Positions 30,183 through 30,618 of a stretch of DNA of 30,618 nt are shown here, in pieces. A model generated the notes under the pieces. That model worked only from the letters and a program-made list of their open reading frames with translations. It did not search any database and was not told the origin of the DNA. The DNA is from Chloroflexota bacterium. Lineage in GTDB: Bacteria > Chloroflexota > UBA11872 > UBA12225. The stretch is from contig DASTZM010000633.1 of the NCBI GenBank assembly GCA_035764305.1, positions 1 to 30,618 of the forward strand. Reading direction: 5' to 3'. How positions within the stretch are numbered: position 1 is the stretch's first letter; every line of letters starts with the position of its first letter. The position numbers were made by a program, and so were the translations under genes.

Positions 30183-30618
30183 AGCGCCACCGGCCCCAGC
30201 GCGAAGTGCCCCACCGTGCCCAGCGCCGCCAGGCCGCGCAGCGCGAGCTGCGTGCCGAACGCGCCCGTGACCAGCGCCGCCGCGCGCCGCGGCCAGGCGG
30301 CGGCCGAGGCCGAGAGGCGGTGCCCCGCCGCCGCCAGCGCCACGTGTGCCGGCAGCGTCCCCACGCCAAACGCCAGCATCGCCAGCGCTCCCTCCAGCGG
30401 CGACGCGGCGGCGCCCGCGGTGAGCAGCGCCGCGAGCACCAGCCCGCACGGCAACATCCCCCACACGAGACCGCTTTCGTAGAGACTCGCCTTGCGCGCC
30501 GCGGCGGCGCGCATCGCGCCGCCCCAACGGCGGGCGGCGCCCGCCAGCAGCCGGTCGGGCGGTGCCACCCGCCCTAGCAGCGCCGCCGCAAAGTACAGCG
30601 CCGCCGCCGCCCCCCCCA
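30176..30618 (-). CDS. TauE/SafE-DsbD_2 family membrane protein (5'-partial), type found with cbb3 oxidase assembly genes
   Basis: GLVWGMLPCGLV...LAMLAFGVGTLP. The frame stays open to the window edge. Confidence 0.8.
   Translation of the reverse strand, partial: GGAAAALYFAAALLGRVAPPDRLLAGAARRWGGAMRAAAARKASLYESGLVWGMLPCGLVLAALLTAGAAASPLEGALAMLAFGVGTLPAHVALAAAGHRLSASAAAWPRRAAALVTGAFGTQLALRGLAALGTVGHFALGPVALW

Noticed and set aside
23309-30618. Horizontally acquired island suggested by patches of different base composition
   Set aside because: An impression only. No integrase, tRNA or flanking repeats, and the same operator occurs here and at nifJ. A codon-usage computation would be needed.

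Overview
GC-rich bacterial chromosomal segment; gene content and promoter style suggest Chloroflexota or a similar Terrabacteria lineage (inference). No rRNA, tRNA, CRISPR array or mobile element is supportable. Four blocks: (1) two convergent KimA/KUP-like APC transporters, a small Zn-finger membrane protein and an MBL-fold hydrolase (136-5988); (2) a cyclic-dinucleotide signalling cluster with a YcgR/PilZ effector, a DHH phosphoesterase, a GAF-HD-GYP phosphodiesterase and a cNMP-GGDEF cyclase, plus an OmpR-family two-component system (5999-13019); (3) pyruvate:ferredoxin oxidoreductase (nifJ) with a YeiH-type exporter (13338-18076); (4) a minus-strand run: acpS-fabA-fabZ-ACP-fabH-fabB, an anSME-like radical SAM enzyme, a DUF59/DUF1858-DUF2249/membrane-protein operon, a cytochrome b-ferredoxin-MvhD fusion, a CcoI-like Cu ATPase and a partial TauE/DsbD_2 gene. 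The strongest signals are two cis-regulatory codes read directly from the intergenic DNA. One is an 11-bp-period YTCAY direct-repeat array 9-10 bp upstream of a TANNNT -10 element at six promoters. The other is an ATCRGGG-N4-CCCYGAT palindrome exactly 21 bp upstream of the -10 element at three promoters for anaerobic or microaerobic functions. These motifs also revise several start codons and imply leaderless mRNAs.
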